This document shows positions 1-12,279 of a DNA stretch of 64,000 bases, piece after piece. The DNA is taken from the NCBI GenBank assembly GCA_034780895.1, contig JAUZTB010000065.1:16126284-16190283 (forward strand), given 5' to 3'. Position 1 is the first letter of the stretch; each line of letters opens with the position of its first letter. Source of the stretch: Rhynchobatus australiae (taxonomy: Eukaryota). The position numbers and the translations under genes are program-made. The notes beneath the pieces are model-generated. The model did not search any database. It saw only the letters and a list, made by a program, of their open reading frames with translations, and was not told the origin of the DNA.

Positions 1-205
1 CATTCTTGAGCAGTGTTGATAGTCGTCAGTTTTGTCCAGACAGAATTTTAGTCACACTCCTATGATGAGTGGTTTATCTTCAACAAGCTGAAAATACAGA
101 TGGAACTCATCTAAAAAGGAAAAGCATGCTAACTCAATGTATCATTTATTTCCCCCTTCAAGAAAGGGGCAGTGCATTAGTTCACTGTGCCATCCATTCT
201 CCCTA

Positions 206-250
206 CAGATATGGTAGTCTAGCAGATATGGCAGTCTAGCAGATATGGCA
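206..250. repeat. 17-bp tandem duplication, about 2.6 copies
   Basis: CAGATATGGTAGTCTAG CAGATATGGCAGTCTAG CAGATATGGCA. Confidence 0.9.
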
Positions 251-1289
251 CAAAGCTAGCAGAGTCCTCAGAAAGAGTTTAAACCCCACCTGGCCAAGTT
301 GTGAAAATAAATTCATCAAACTTGGTAAATGGAGTATTGGCATCAGAAACGTTAGTAACATAAAATCTACCCAGGCTGATCTACAATGCACCTTCAATTT
401 CATCTAATGGATGTGATCCATGTGACAAAACTAATTTACCAGTGTTACCAATATCTCAAGAACAAAAGAGCAGCAGTCAACTGAAATAATTTACAGGACA
501 TCTAATTGATAAAAGATTTCCCCCATGCAAATGTTGCCAATAACTGTGACTCATATGTTCCTTACATAATCTTGTCTCTTATCCAAGTACAACATGAAGT
601 ATTGAGATAACACTGGTGCAAAACAAACATCTTTATTAAGCACTCATTCAAATTGAGTTACATCACTAATTCCATCAGCACTTTTCAGAAAATTTGATGC
701 AGTAAACATTTTCATGTTCTTACTTAAAACTGGAAGAATTCCAAAACATCAATATAAAACTGGGAATTTTAATGGACCAAATGAGCTCCAGCCAGACAAA
801 GCTCGAGAGCACCAGACTAAACAGAATCCTTATGTAGACTATTGGTATTGCATTAATCCAAACCTATGATGCAGCTTTCTTGACAAGCTGATCTTAATCT
901 AATTGGCAGGTTGTTTTTCAACTTATGCAACTGAAGCCACTTACAGCAAATGCAGTGTCTGAAGACAAAAAAAAATCAATTCTGCCATTGATCTGACAAA
1001 AATCAAATAATTTACCTTCAATGGGGCAGTCTGTTAGATAGATCAGAAAAAAAACTCTAATATTCTAATATACTGAAAGCAATCCTACGTGTTTTTGTCC
1101 CTCATACGTACATGGATGTCACCTGTGCTTGCTTCCAGTTCCTTCCATTTGTCAATCAGCTTTTGAAGGGTGTACATGTCTTCTACAAAGTCTGAAAAAT
1201 CAAAGCCATTCATTTATTTCAGCTAGTGCATCTGCATTTCTGGGCTCGACTCTACTAATGCCCAAAGCTAGTCTATGGATCTAAATCTA

Positions 1290-1545
1290 GTTGTTCATAA
1301 GGCGAGAGGGAAAAGATTTAATAGGAACCCAAGGGGCAACTTTTTCCACATAGAGGGTGGTATATACATAGAATGAGCTGCCAGAGGAAGTGCTTGAGGC
1401 AGCTGCAATAACATATAAAAGACAACGGACACTTACATGGATATGGGCCACTCAGGCAAATGGGACCAGTTTAGATGGATGTCTTGGTCAGCATGTACAA
1501 GTTGGGCTGAAGGGCCCATTTCTGTGTTCTATGCCTCTATAACCA
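1290..1545 (+). mobile_element. CR1/HER1 LINE 3' end
   Basis: End of ORF2 (..AGGGGCAACTTTTTCCACATAGAGGGTGG..GAATGAGCTGCCAGAGGAAGTG) plus the GTTGGGCTGAAGGGCCCATTTCTGTGTTCTATG tail. Confidence 0.8.
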
Positions 1546-2499
1546 CAGTATTAGGTCCACTTCTAGGGCAAGATGTCAATGCTAAATTTACTCTCTCCTC
1601 AGAAGGGATTTTCCTACCCAAGGAACATGGCTTGGTCACATCAGCTCTCACTTCTAAAAGTATCAGTTTGGCTCAGGCAACTTTGAGTCATAAATCTAAT
1701 ATTCAAATTTAAGATCACAGAAGCAATGTGGAATGGTATAGTGTCAATGTGTCACCTTTGAAGATGCCCAGTCATTCACTTCTCTGCCACTTCTGGAATT
1801 TGCTGTGTATAAAAGAGCTGTACTTTTTTTTGTAGATTTCATAGTGATAGCATGGAAAAGAAATTCACTTCATGTTTAAGCAGATTTGAATATAGGTGTA
1901 ACCAGACATTTGAAACATAGATTCCTTTATTTTTAAAACTTTAATTCATACCAAGATCAACATTTATTTGAAAACACTCTTCTCACATGCAAGGAAGGCT
2001 AGAGTGCAAATATATGTTATGGAAGTAGTGAGCTCCAGGTCACTTGGTAAAAATAACTATGAGAATAAACAACCAGTCCAAGTGTTTTTCCTACTGTTGA
2101 CTGAAGGAAACATGAACCTCGGGGCAGGAAACTGCCACTCAGCAGTGTGAACCTGTACCACAACTGTGTGAGATCACAACTGATACAAGAGCTAGGAAAG
2201 AAATTAATTTTTGGCTACTCATACTAAACATGTGAATACAGCCAGAGACCAATTTATACTTCTCCACAACAGTGCTGGAAATACAAAGAGTAGTTCAACT
2301 GGCAATTAATATTCTTGCATACACTCAGTGCCACTGACTGCAGATGAATTTCTTATCCCAACTCTGTATAGCTACTTTTGCTTCAGTCCCTCAATCCCTC
2401 TGGTTAGTAAAAGTCCATCAATTTTTAAAATGAATAATTCAACCTCTCGAAGTATCATTTATAGAAGAGTTTGAAATAGCCTTTTATTGCCCCCAGTAT

Positions 2500-3890
2500 T
2501 TATCAATGCAGTGGGATGGTTAAAGGTAGGTACCATTTGAAAGCACTGTAGACAGCAGTTTCCATCATTTCACAGTAAGTCTACTCTTGATCATCAGTAT
2601 GCTAATAAGCCAGATTGGATTCGTCCTTTTTTTTGTGAACAGGACATAGCTGAGCAATTTCCCCACATCATAGGGTAGATATATTGTTATAAAAAGGTAC
2701 TGGAGCAGTTTGGTACGAGGTAACGCTGTTTTTGGAATCCAAGTCTTCTATAGTAAGCTGGGACATTGTCTAGTCTCATTACTTTTGCTGTATCCTGTGC
2801 CCTCAGCTGCTTTTCAATTGAATGCAAGAGAAACAAACTGGCAGCTGTAATGCAGGGGAATCTTAAGAGGAAGCAGAGATGGATTATTTATTCAGCTTTT
2901 CTGTCTGAACAAGGTTGCAAATGTTTTTAATATTCACAGGCCATCATTGAAGATAGAGGCTCCAAGAATATCACCAGCCCTTCCCATTAGCTGTTTATCA
3001 CTATGACCAGATGAAGTAGAATTGCAGAGTTCCTATCTGATCAGTTAGTTTTTTTTTTAAGATCACTTAGCTGTGTTTATTGCATGCTAATTAGCATGCA
3101 TATGGTTCTGTATTGCAACTTTTATTAGTCTATCACTTACATTGACACATCTGGTGCAGCTTCCAGCATGCTCTTCAGCACTCCATGCTGAATGAGGGTT
3201 GATCCCCTGGTTTAATAATAATGGTAGAGCAGTGTATACTTCTGCTGCAGCTGTCAGTCCATAATATTTTTGAGCTGCCACATCTGTTGAGTCTATTCCA
3301 TTTGCTACATTTATAGTAATATTCGCACAATTGAGGGTATATTTGATGTGAAGATGGGACTTTGTCTCAACAAGGACTGTACACTGCTCATTTCTACCAC
3401 TGGTACCATCTGCCACTGGTTGAATGGTGAACACAAGGTCAAGGTTTGCCCTATGTGTTGACTTAATCATGACATGCTGCGAGACTGGGTCTGCAGGAAT
3501 GACTTGGCCAGCTCAGTCAATGGTGCCATCACCAAGCCACTCTTGGTGATGATCACTGAAACATGCCGCCAAGAGCACATTCTGTGTACCTTGGTGCTTT
3601 CAGTACTTCTTACAAGTGTTTTTCAGCCTGGAAGGTAAGGATTCATCAACTGAGGGAAGATGGTGAGTGATAATTAAGAGGAAGTTTCCTTGCCTACGTT
3701 TGATCTGATGCCATGAGATTCATGGGTTCCTCAGTCAATGTTGAGGATTCCAAGGGCTACTGTTTACTTCCAGTATATCACTGTGCTGCCATCACTGGTC
3801 AGTCTGTCCTTCTAGTAGAACTGCATCAGATTGTTGCTCAACTTGCTTGTGGGACAGCTCTCCCAATATTGACACCAGTTCCCAACAACT
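2500..3890 (-). mobile_element. Old non-LTR retrotransposon (LINE) ORF2 fragment, endonuclease/linker region
   Basis: ORF 3087-3470 contains LDLVFT..PVAD..G....TVLVETKSHLHI (end of an AP endonuclease, decayed LDL..SDH). KQLRAQDTAKVMRLDNVPA near 2755-2815 is a decayed KA.GPD.IP motif preceding RT. Confidence 0.65.
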
Positions 3891-4809
3891 AGGCTAAAAG
3901 ACTGCTTATTCCCAGGCATCTATCTTGCCCCTTCCTGGAAAATATATTAAATCCATTTTTTCAATCTAAAGGAACTTGGCTCTAATCAAAAGAACTTAAT
4001 CAAAAGATTGTAAGACTAATCAAAAGACTGCAGTCACAGCATGAACATTCTCAGGAGGAAAGCATCTTTCTGGTGCCATTGCAATACACTCTCGTTTTAG
4101 GGAAGGGTTGCATTGCTAGAGAACTTCCTGCATCATAATTTTCCTTGATGCATACCTTTGACAGAAATTGACAATATTTGTTGTTTCTTTCACATTGTGT
4201 TTAGTTATTTTTCTATCATAAAATCTGCAAGATTGAATTTTTATTCTGCATTTCAAATTTTTTTTGGAGGTGATTTGTGAATTCCACAAGGGCAAATTTC
4301 CAGTGCCTGCACTGCCAGAATGCAGGGGTACACTATTTGTGGCAAATACCCAGCCCTAATTCAACCCAAGTTTCTTTTAAACACCCAGCATGCTATCCCC
4401 TTTCTCCACTGTGAATAGTCAAAAATAATTATTCAACATGTCAATTTATGCTCATTTACAGTTTCAACTATTTTTGTTTTAAACATGATGGGAGAGCTAG
4501 CATAGATTCGTAACTGGAAGGTCATTCCTGGCTTATTTTTATTTATTTGTTCATGGAAAGTGGATGGCAGAATTCATGCTCCTGACCCTGCAATTCCACC
4601 AACAGCTTGCTGTTTCCAGCTAGCATGGTTTGCTGCTCTCCATGCTGGGGTTATGCAGGCTGCAGCCACAGTATGAAGTCTTTCCTTCAAGGCTATTTGG
4701 AATCCCCTCCACTGAAAATCACCAATTTTCATTCTAGAGTCAATAATTAGCACTGCACAGTAGCAATCAGAATCAAAAGCACATGGGTGACAGGCACTAA
4801 GGAAGAGCA

Positions 4810-5090
4810 GAGATTTAAAAAGAGGTAAGAGAGGCAAAGTTTAAAGATTTATGAGGCAGGTTTTTAAAAAAAAAAATACACAAAGTGGTAGGTGACTGGA
4901 ACGTGCTGCCAGGGGATATGGCTGAAACATATGATAGCAAATGTTTAAGAAACATTTAGACTGACCCATGGACAGGAGGAGAATGGAGTGATACGGACCA
5001 CGTGTGGACAGATGTGCAGTTTAAACTGGCAACACTATCATCACAGACATTGTAGTCGAAGAGCCAATTCCTGTTCTGTACTGTTCTATG
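4810..5090 (+). mobile_element. CR1/HER1 LINE 3' end
   Basis: CACAAAGTGGTAGGTGACTGGAACGTGCTGCCAGGGG.. and tail GAAGAGCCAATTCCTGTTCTGTACTGTTCTATG. Confidence 0.75.
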
Positions 5091-8000
5091 CAAGGGAAAG
5101 CACTCAGATAAGGTGCCTATTGGCTAAAGTAAAAACAACACTGATACAAAAGTGAAGTGAGCACAGAATGAAAATATAAGAATGCTGGCAATATAACACA
5201 CAGAAACAAAATACTGTGGTATACTTGAAGTCAGGTTGCACTTGTGGAAAGAGAAACAGTTAATGTTTCAGGTTGAAGAGTGACCCCTCTCCACTAAATA
5301 TGACACACAACACCAGAGTTTATGAAAACTAATGCAATTATTAGTGAAGGTAATTCACCTGAAGGAGAATTGCAGCATCTAGGTGTACAGTCAGGAATAA
5401 ATAGTGAAGGTAGAGAGTAACTGATACATGCAGATGGGTTCGCACCCCACAACTCCCAATCTAAAAATATTTTACAATTCCTTCATTACCTCTGTCTATA
5501 CCACCTTTATCAACTTTTCCAGAGCTGCAATTTCCCCAACCTCCTCTAAACTCTTTAGTCTTGTGTTTTTGATTCCCACTGGCACTTCACCAATATCCTC
5601 AGACACTTCATCACTCGCTCCAGATTTTCCTCCCCAACCCCAAGTTCCTACCATAAGACCACCTCTTAGAATAAGCTAATGGTCATCCATTGAACTCTGG
5701 CCCATGGCCCTGCAACAAATTCTGAAAAATCATTCCTCTTTGGTACAGCTTTGGTTGTCTTGTCAAATAAAGAATGCAGAATGCAGGTTTCTATTCCAAG
5801 CTGCAGTTTAAAGTTTACAGACTAGGTGGGGGGAGAAAGGGTGAAAATATTCAGTGCTTCTTTTCCTTACTATTTACTGTTGATAATCCTGAAGAGCTGG
5901 AGTGATCTTCCTAAAAACTTCCGAAAATAATAGTGAAAAATAAAAGTTTCACTTACCAGAAAAAATGATGCAAGCAAACAAGAACATAATTATCACAGCC
6001 TACAATTTAAAGATGATAATGACTTATCTCAGGCTACTGGACACTTGGATAGATAGAAACCCATCCACAATCCTGCTCCACGCATTTTCCATGGATCAGT
6101 ACACCACAAAAGCAGCTGCAAAAGTAAACACAGAAGACTGTAAGATTGCAATTCTGTTTTTAATTGTTTATCCAGTATTGTTTTTGAAAATCTTATTTTT
6201 ACGAGGAGGTACTTTTCTGCTTGGAACGACAAGGAAACACTCTCTACTGACTCACAGCATGAACACCAAAGTCTATCAGATCAGATACTGGAGCATTAGA
6301 TTCACTAAAGCTCCCCTTGATTTAGCTTCTGCAATAGAATTACACCTTATGCTGCTCCAGTGAGAAACTTAAAATTTACAAGGCATCAGTTCAAGAGATA
6401 GCTCTCCTGACAATCTTCTCCCACTTGACAGTAACTGTGCAGCCTTTGCCACTCATGAGACCTATACAGAAAAGCTGAAAATCAGGTTAAGGAATTTAAA
6501 TTTAGAGTACATGCAATAGATTTATACTCTATGATCTATCTGTATCACAAACCTGATTTTGCCTTGTATGCATACAGCTAGTTTAACCCTCATGTCTACA
6601 GAGATGGAGCTTAATTAGTTCTCTTGTTGGGTAGTCCCTGCTTCCAATCCAGTTTGGTGGGATCTGAGGTGATTAGAGAGCAATATGGGATCTGCAGACT
6701 CATCCATAGGCAGGAGAGGACATGCTTAATGGAATAGCTAGTATGGGAAATGGTGCCATCCATCCATGTATTCCAGGACTTTAGGTTCTCAAGTGTTACT
6801 CTGAATAACCCTTCCACATTTGAGTGGTCATGGACCAGGGATTTCCATTAGTCAGTGAGAACATTACATTTCTTTCAAAGCGGCTGTAAAAATATTCTTC
6901 TCCCCTGCTCTCTGGGTAATCTCTCACCATGATGGAGCAAGGTGGAATGCCTGTGTCAGGAGCCTGGTGTGGGGTAAGGTAATTATATGGCCTGTTCATT
7001 AGAACTGGCTGAGTGCAAACAGAGTGCTGATACTGGAGATACTGGCTTGGAAGTGGGCACAACCACTGGTTCAAAGTTTGGAAATTTTGCAGGTCTGCTA
7101 CATGGCATACAAATCAGAGATTCTAGTTAATCTCAGCCTTATTAGTAACATCTGGACAACTGACAGACAAGCCACATAACTGGTTATGGTAAAGAAATAC
7201 AAAAATAAGTCAGAGAAGGCTGCCTTTATGCCTCTACAAGGACCAGCCCCACAATTTGAGTTACCTGTTCTAACTTTGTTCATTTTATATAAAAGTTCAG
7301 ATTCCTTTTTAACCAATCTTGTGGTTTCTCCCTTTATAACTTCCTAAAGGAAAAAAAATTGCTTCTAATGTGTGTAGTTGAAATAATGTTATCTCTTTGT
7401 TAAATCCTTTAATCCATGTCCCTTCATTATCTTGTCAATTTAAGAATATTTTTCTTAAAGTAGTTTCTCTCAAATGTTCTCAGAATTATAAATCATTTAT
7501 CAGCTGTTCCAGTGGAAAAGTAGTAGTCATTTTCTAAACATCTACATTTGGATAAAATGCAAATCTCTTTTGAAGTGTGGATCTGTGTGGTTAATTATTT
7601 GCAACTTTTGGTACATCATAAATTATTCAAATCTAGATTTGAATATCTTATTTCAGGAAAGCACATTAGTTATTTGAGATATGTGGTAAATTCAGTTATG
7701 CTTGGGAGAAAATAATAATTTTGGACAATAGTTTCGAAGCTCTCCACTTGTGATGTTTCGTTATTGCAAGGCTGGCCTGGTTATGGATTAATTCATTGTT
7801 ATTAATCAACTCTTTATAGTTGCATTATATGATTCTCAGGATAGCAGTAACCCACAATTCCAATCTTCCTAATAATTGCTTTTTCTTTTTAAACTAGAGC
7901 TCTATTACCCAGAATTTAAATGTATTATGAAGATTTCATAAAACAATTCACCAAGGGTTTTGAAAATCCATTGGAGCAAATTACTACAATTTGTACAAAA

Positions 8001-9144
8001 CCTCAATAAAGCACTGCACCTTCTCTGTAAATGTAACACTACACACCAGAGTTATTGCTTTTCCCTTGTACTACCTCAATGTACTGGTGTGATAATAATA
8101 AACCAATTTATCAATTTAAATGCCTACAGTCCTCAAAGCCATTTGAATGGTCCAGGAATATCTTAGGAGAGAAAAGAAATAATTAATATTTCAGTAGCAA
8201 TCCATTGTAGAAGCCTTTACCAAGTTTGTAGAGTAGTTCACCACTTGTAGCACAAAATCTTCATTTGTTACTGCAATCATATCAGCAATTCTGTACTGTA
8301 TTGCTTTGTTCTGTACTGCTTACTCATTTGTAAATGAGCAAGAGAGGTGGAGGGAAAGAGAGTGAGCAAAGCAGGGGCTGAGGTGTTTGAGGGAAGGCCA
8401 ATGTGTGAGTATAACAGATCAGAGTCTGAGAAAGTCTTCGTTAAGGTCAAAAGCTCAAATCAGTATTGAGGCATTTGAGCTTTTGAGAGCTCATCTGGTT
8501 AGTCTGAACTAAACCACACAAATCAGGAAGGTCCTTCAATCATTCCTAAGTTACCTTATTACAGCTGACTCAGTGGTAGTAGAAACAGAAATTGAAAATG
8601 CTGGAATTACTTAGCAGGTCAGGGAGCATCTGTGGAGAGAGAAAAACAGAAATTAATGTTTCAAGTCCATGACCCGCCAATTAGAACTAGGAAAAGTTAC
8701 AAACAACATTTTAAGTTCAGAGATGATGATAGAGTGAAGAGGATAAAGAGAATGTCTGTGACAAGGTAGAGAAGAAGAAAGACTGAAATGATGCAAATGG
8801 TGATAGTGCAGGTTGAGAGAGGGTGGTTAAAGCTTGTTAAATCACAGTCAATCTGTCTGCAGGAGTTGAATGGACTTCAAAAAGAAAAAAAATAACAGTA
8901 ATGCTGGATCTGAGAAATAAAGACTATGGATGCTGGAGAATGCAAGACCTACCAAGCAGTTTATATCTGTTCTGATGACAACACGTTCCATACCAGTTCT
9001 TACCAACTAAAATAAAAGGTGGTCTTTCAGCCATTAGGACAATGCCAGCACCTGGCAGAGTCATCCCATCATTCCCAGTCACCCTCTGTTCCTCTCCCTC
9101 ACATTGGCCCATATCATCACCCCTTTGACTCTTTTGCCTCTTAC

Positions 9145-9300
9145 TTCAGTGAAGGGGTAATTTACAGTGACCTACCAGCATGTCTTTGGGATGTGGGTGG
9201 AAATTGGAGCACCTGGTAGAAACCTGCATAGTCACAGGGAAAACTTGAGAACTCCACTCAAACAGCATCTAAAGGGGAAGCTTGAACCTGGGGGCCCAGC
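9145..9300 (-). mobile_element. HE1-like tRNA-derived V-SINE (partial)
   Basis: CATGTCTTTGGGATGTGGGTGGAAATTGGAGCACCTGGTAGAAACCTGCATAGTCACAGGGAAAACTTGAGAACTCCAC is the reverse complement of a V-domain, followed by box-B-like TTGAACCTGGG. Confidence 0.75.
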
Positions 9301-12279
9301 AGAGATGAGTATTGGGACTGTTAGACTTCATGCTCAGTATTAAAAAATCTAGATGTAGTAGTAGTTTTGGAGCTTGTCCATAAGTTCACTGTGCCAGTGC
9401 TCAGATCTTGAGGAAGGTATCTGGTCCAAATGCAATGTGAGAATAGGTACTCATCAGGTCGCAGAGAAACACAGCATCAAATCATGTTGATGTAGCAACC
9501 AAGCTTTAGAGTACACCGGTATTTGAAGAAGCATGGCAAGAAGGGAGGCACTCCTCCAAGGCAACAATACACAGCGAGAGCAATTCTGTAAGAGACTTTT
9601 ATCTTAGCTAAGTCTCATTTGGAATGGTAGTGCCCAGTTTTGAACCCTTCACGCAGTGACTGTTTCTTTCCCCTACCCCAGATCAAAATCAAAGAGCCAG
9701 CAGAGTGATCAATAGTTTAAATGCCCTTAGTTAGCACAATATCTTATGAGAGCTGGGTGGGGTGGGTGGCAGTTTAAAGAAAAGCAGATTCTGGGGAGGT
9801 ACAGTTGACATATGTGAAATGAATAAACAAGTCTAGAGTCTATGGAATACAAGGGGAAGTTTTCTTTCAACAAGTGTTTGGCAATTTCCAGGTTCGTTGC
9901 ACGAGTACTAAGCAGAATGAGAGAAATTCTTATGTTGCCAATTGTATTCTAAACTTAAACATTTTTTCAGCAGAGCAGACTTGAGCAAAATTACCAAATC
10001 CAGGAATTTTCTCCAATGATAATATCCACAGTAGATGGCATACTCATTCAACACTTACTGTAGCCCCATTCATAATGGCATACAAATCAATTCCAGCCCT
10101 TGAATAATTGCTGATTTAAGAAGTTTGNNNNNNNNNNNNNNNNNNNNNNNNNNNNNNNNNNNNNNNNNNNNNNNNNNNNNNNNNNNNNNNNNNNNNNNNN
10201 NNNNNNNNNNNNNNNNNNNNNNNNNNNNNNNNNNNNNNNNNNNNNNNNNNNNNNNNNNNNNNNNNNNNNNNNNNNNNNNNNNNNNNNNNNNNNNNNNNNN
10301 NNNNNNNNNNNNNNNNNNNNNNNNNNNNNNNNNNNNNNNNNNNNNNGTATGAAGGAGAGTTGTGCTTGGTCTTGAAATGTTTTGAGAGTGTTAAGATGAT
10401 TCTAACCCTATTTAAGATGACTGATGCAATGACTCAATTAGAAGGAACAGGAAGTTCCAAATGCTCGATAAGTGGCTTGAGATGAAGTTGTCCTGCTGTG
10501 TTCGAGGACAAAGCAAGCATTGTATTGGGCCTCAGGGCTAAGGAGATAAATGTGACAGAGGGAGACAAAGAGAGACACTATTACCAAAAAGAGCAAGAGT
10601 TTCCCATCACTATTCTGCAACACTACTGCAGTGTGTAGATGCCAGGTCTGAATTCCGATAAAGAAAAAGACATTTTGACAAGGTCCTGAGGCCTGTTGCT
10701 ATGTATAAAATGAAATATGAACTGTCATGTTAACACAAGATTTCTGCTTCCTTTCTACCCACTTCATTCCAGTCCACTTGTTAGAAAGCCTTACAGCACT
10801 TTGTTCCCACACAATCTCTTCTTCAAAATCCCTTTGCTTCAATACGTTCGCCCATTCTCTACATTTACTCTGGCCACCTCTCCAGTTTTCCTTCACTCTT
10901 GCTCAGCATCAAATACTGCTTTTATTAATGTTTGGAATATTTCACTGTATTAAACATACCATGCAAGTGAAAGCTATGCAGTAATAGCAACCAAGTAAAA
11001 ATAAGAAAACTTTTAATTATTAAACAGTAACCTCGTAAGAATTCTGACATCATTTACACATCATCTTTCTCCAGTACTTTACCATAAAAGGATCTCAAAC
11101 TCAGATCATGTTATTAGTTTGCAACGTGTTATTTCTGTGATCCGATTCCAGTGTACAAATTTCTTCCTTATACAAAGACACCACATAAATTTCAAATTGC
11201 CATGATGGGCATTAATTCTGAAACTTATGCAATGAAATTCCTCCCCTACTAGCAGAATAGGTATTGTATTTCAGAAGCATGGGCCTTTAATAGAGCTGGG
11301 ATGCAAAATGAAATCTTTAACATGCTTTCAAGAAATGGATTTTCATTCTGCCATGTGCAGGGTTTTTAAATCAAAATCTCTTCAATATGCTCATGACATT
11401 AGTCAGGTCTATGCCTTCAGCAGCCCCCTCTACTTCTTGCATGTATTTACCATTCATGTGTCCTAGAGAATGTGCACCAGCAGAATAATTCACAACAGGA
11501 GCATTGCTACCAAACCCACCCCTCTCCAAATTTAAAACCCTTCTCCATATAATCTGTAATATTCTTTCCTGCAAGGAAATAGTCAGCAGCAGACAACAGT
11601 TTACTTTTCTTTTCCTCTTATTCCAGGAATCTTGCGATCAATCAACATATGACAAATACAACAAACATCAGTTAAATCACCACAGCCCAGGCATTATTCT
11701 CACTTTCTTGCCATTTTGTGTAATGCTGTTCCACAGCAGATAATGCAACTCAATTCCACAGTTAATCCACCAATCCCTGATTGGGTACAGTCAAATGCCA
11801 ATTTTGCATGGGTTACTCAATTCAAACCACGTGTTAATTTAGTTGTTTTTAAAACCACTGAAGTGTTACATTGAGTCATCAAATCTGAAGTAGATTGCTA
11901 TAATTTATTCTGTACCTAATTGGCAATTTATTCTATGACTATAATGACTCAACTAATTTCCATTCCTTCAGTACAGCTTCAAAAGAGCTGCAATACAAAA
12001 ATCTAAGTATTCATTCACCTTTCAACCAAATACTTGTAAAATTAAATTAACACTGGCAGCAATCAGGCTCCCGGAATTTACAGCCAATGTTAACCACCTG
12101 AATTTAAGAAATCCCTCAACCCATTCTTTTAACGATATCATTTGAACAAAGTCTTTCATGCAAGAATCTTCATGACTGATCTTATCCAGAATCAAGTGGC
12201 AGTAACCAATGCATCAAATGCATCTTAAAACAGTTTTAGAAACCAAGAGCAAGATATGCCCCTACACATAAAATGCAAA

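Noticed and set aside
5965-6363. 132-aa ORF with a hydrophobic stretch, considered as an SLC16A4 or other membrane-protein exon
   Set aside because: No recognisable transporter motif or supporting plus-strand exon structure. AT-rich sequence readily yields hydrophobic ORFs.
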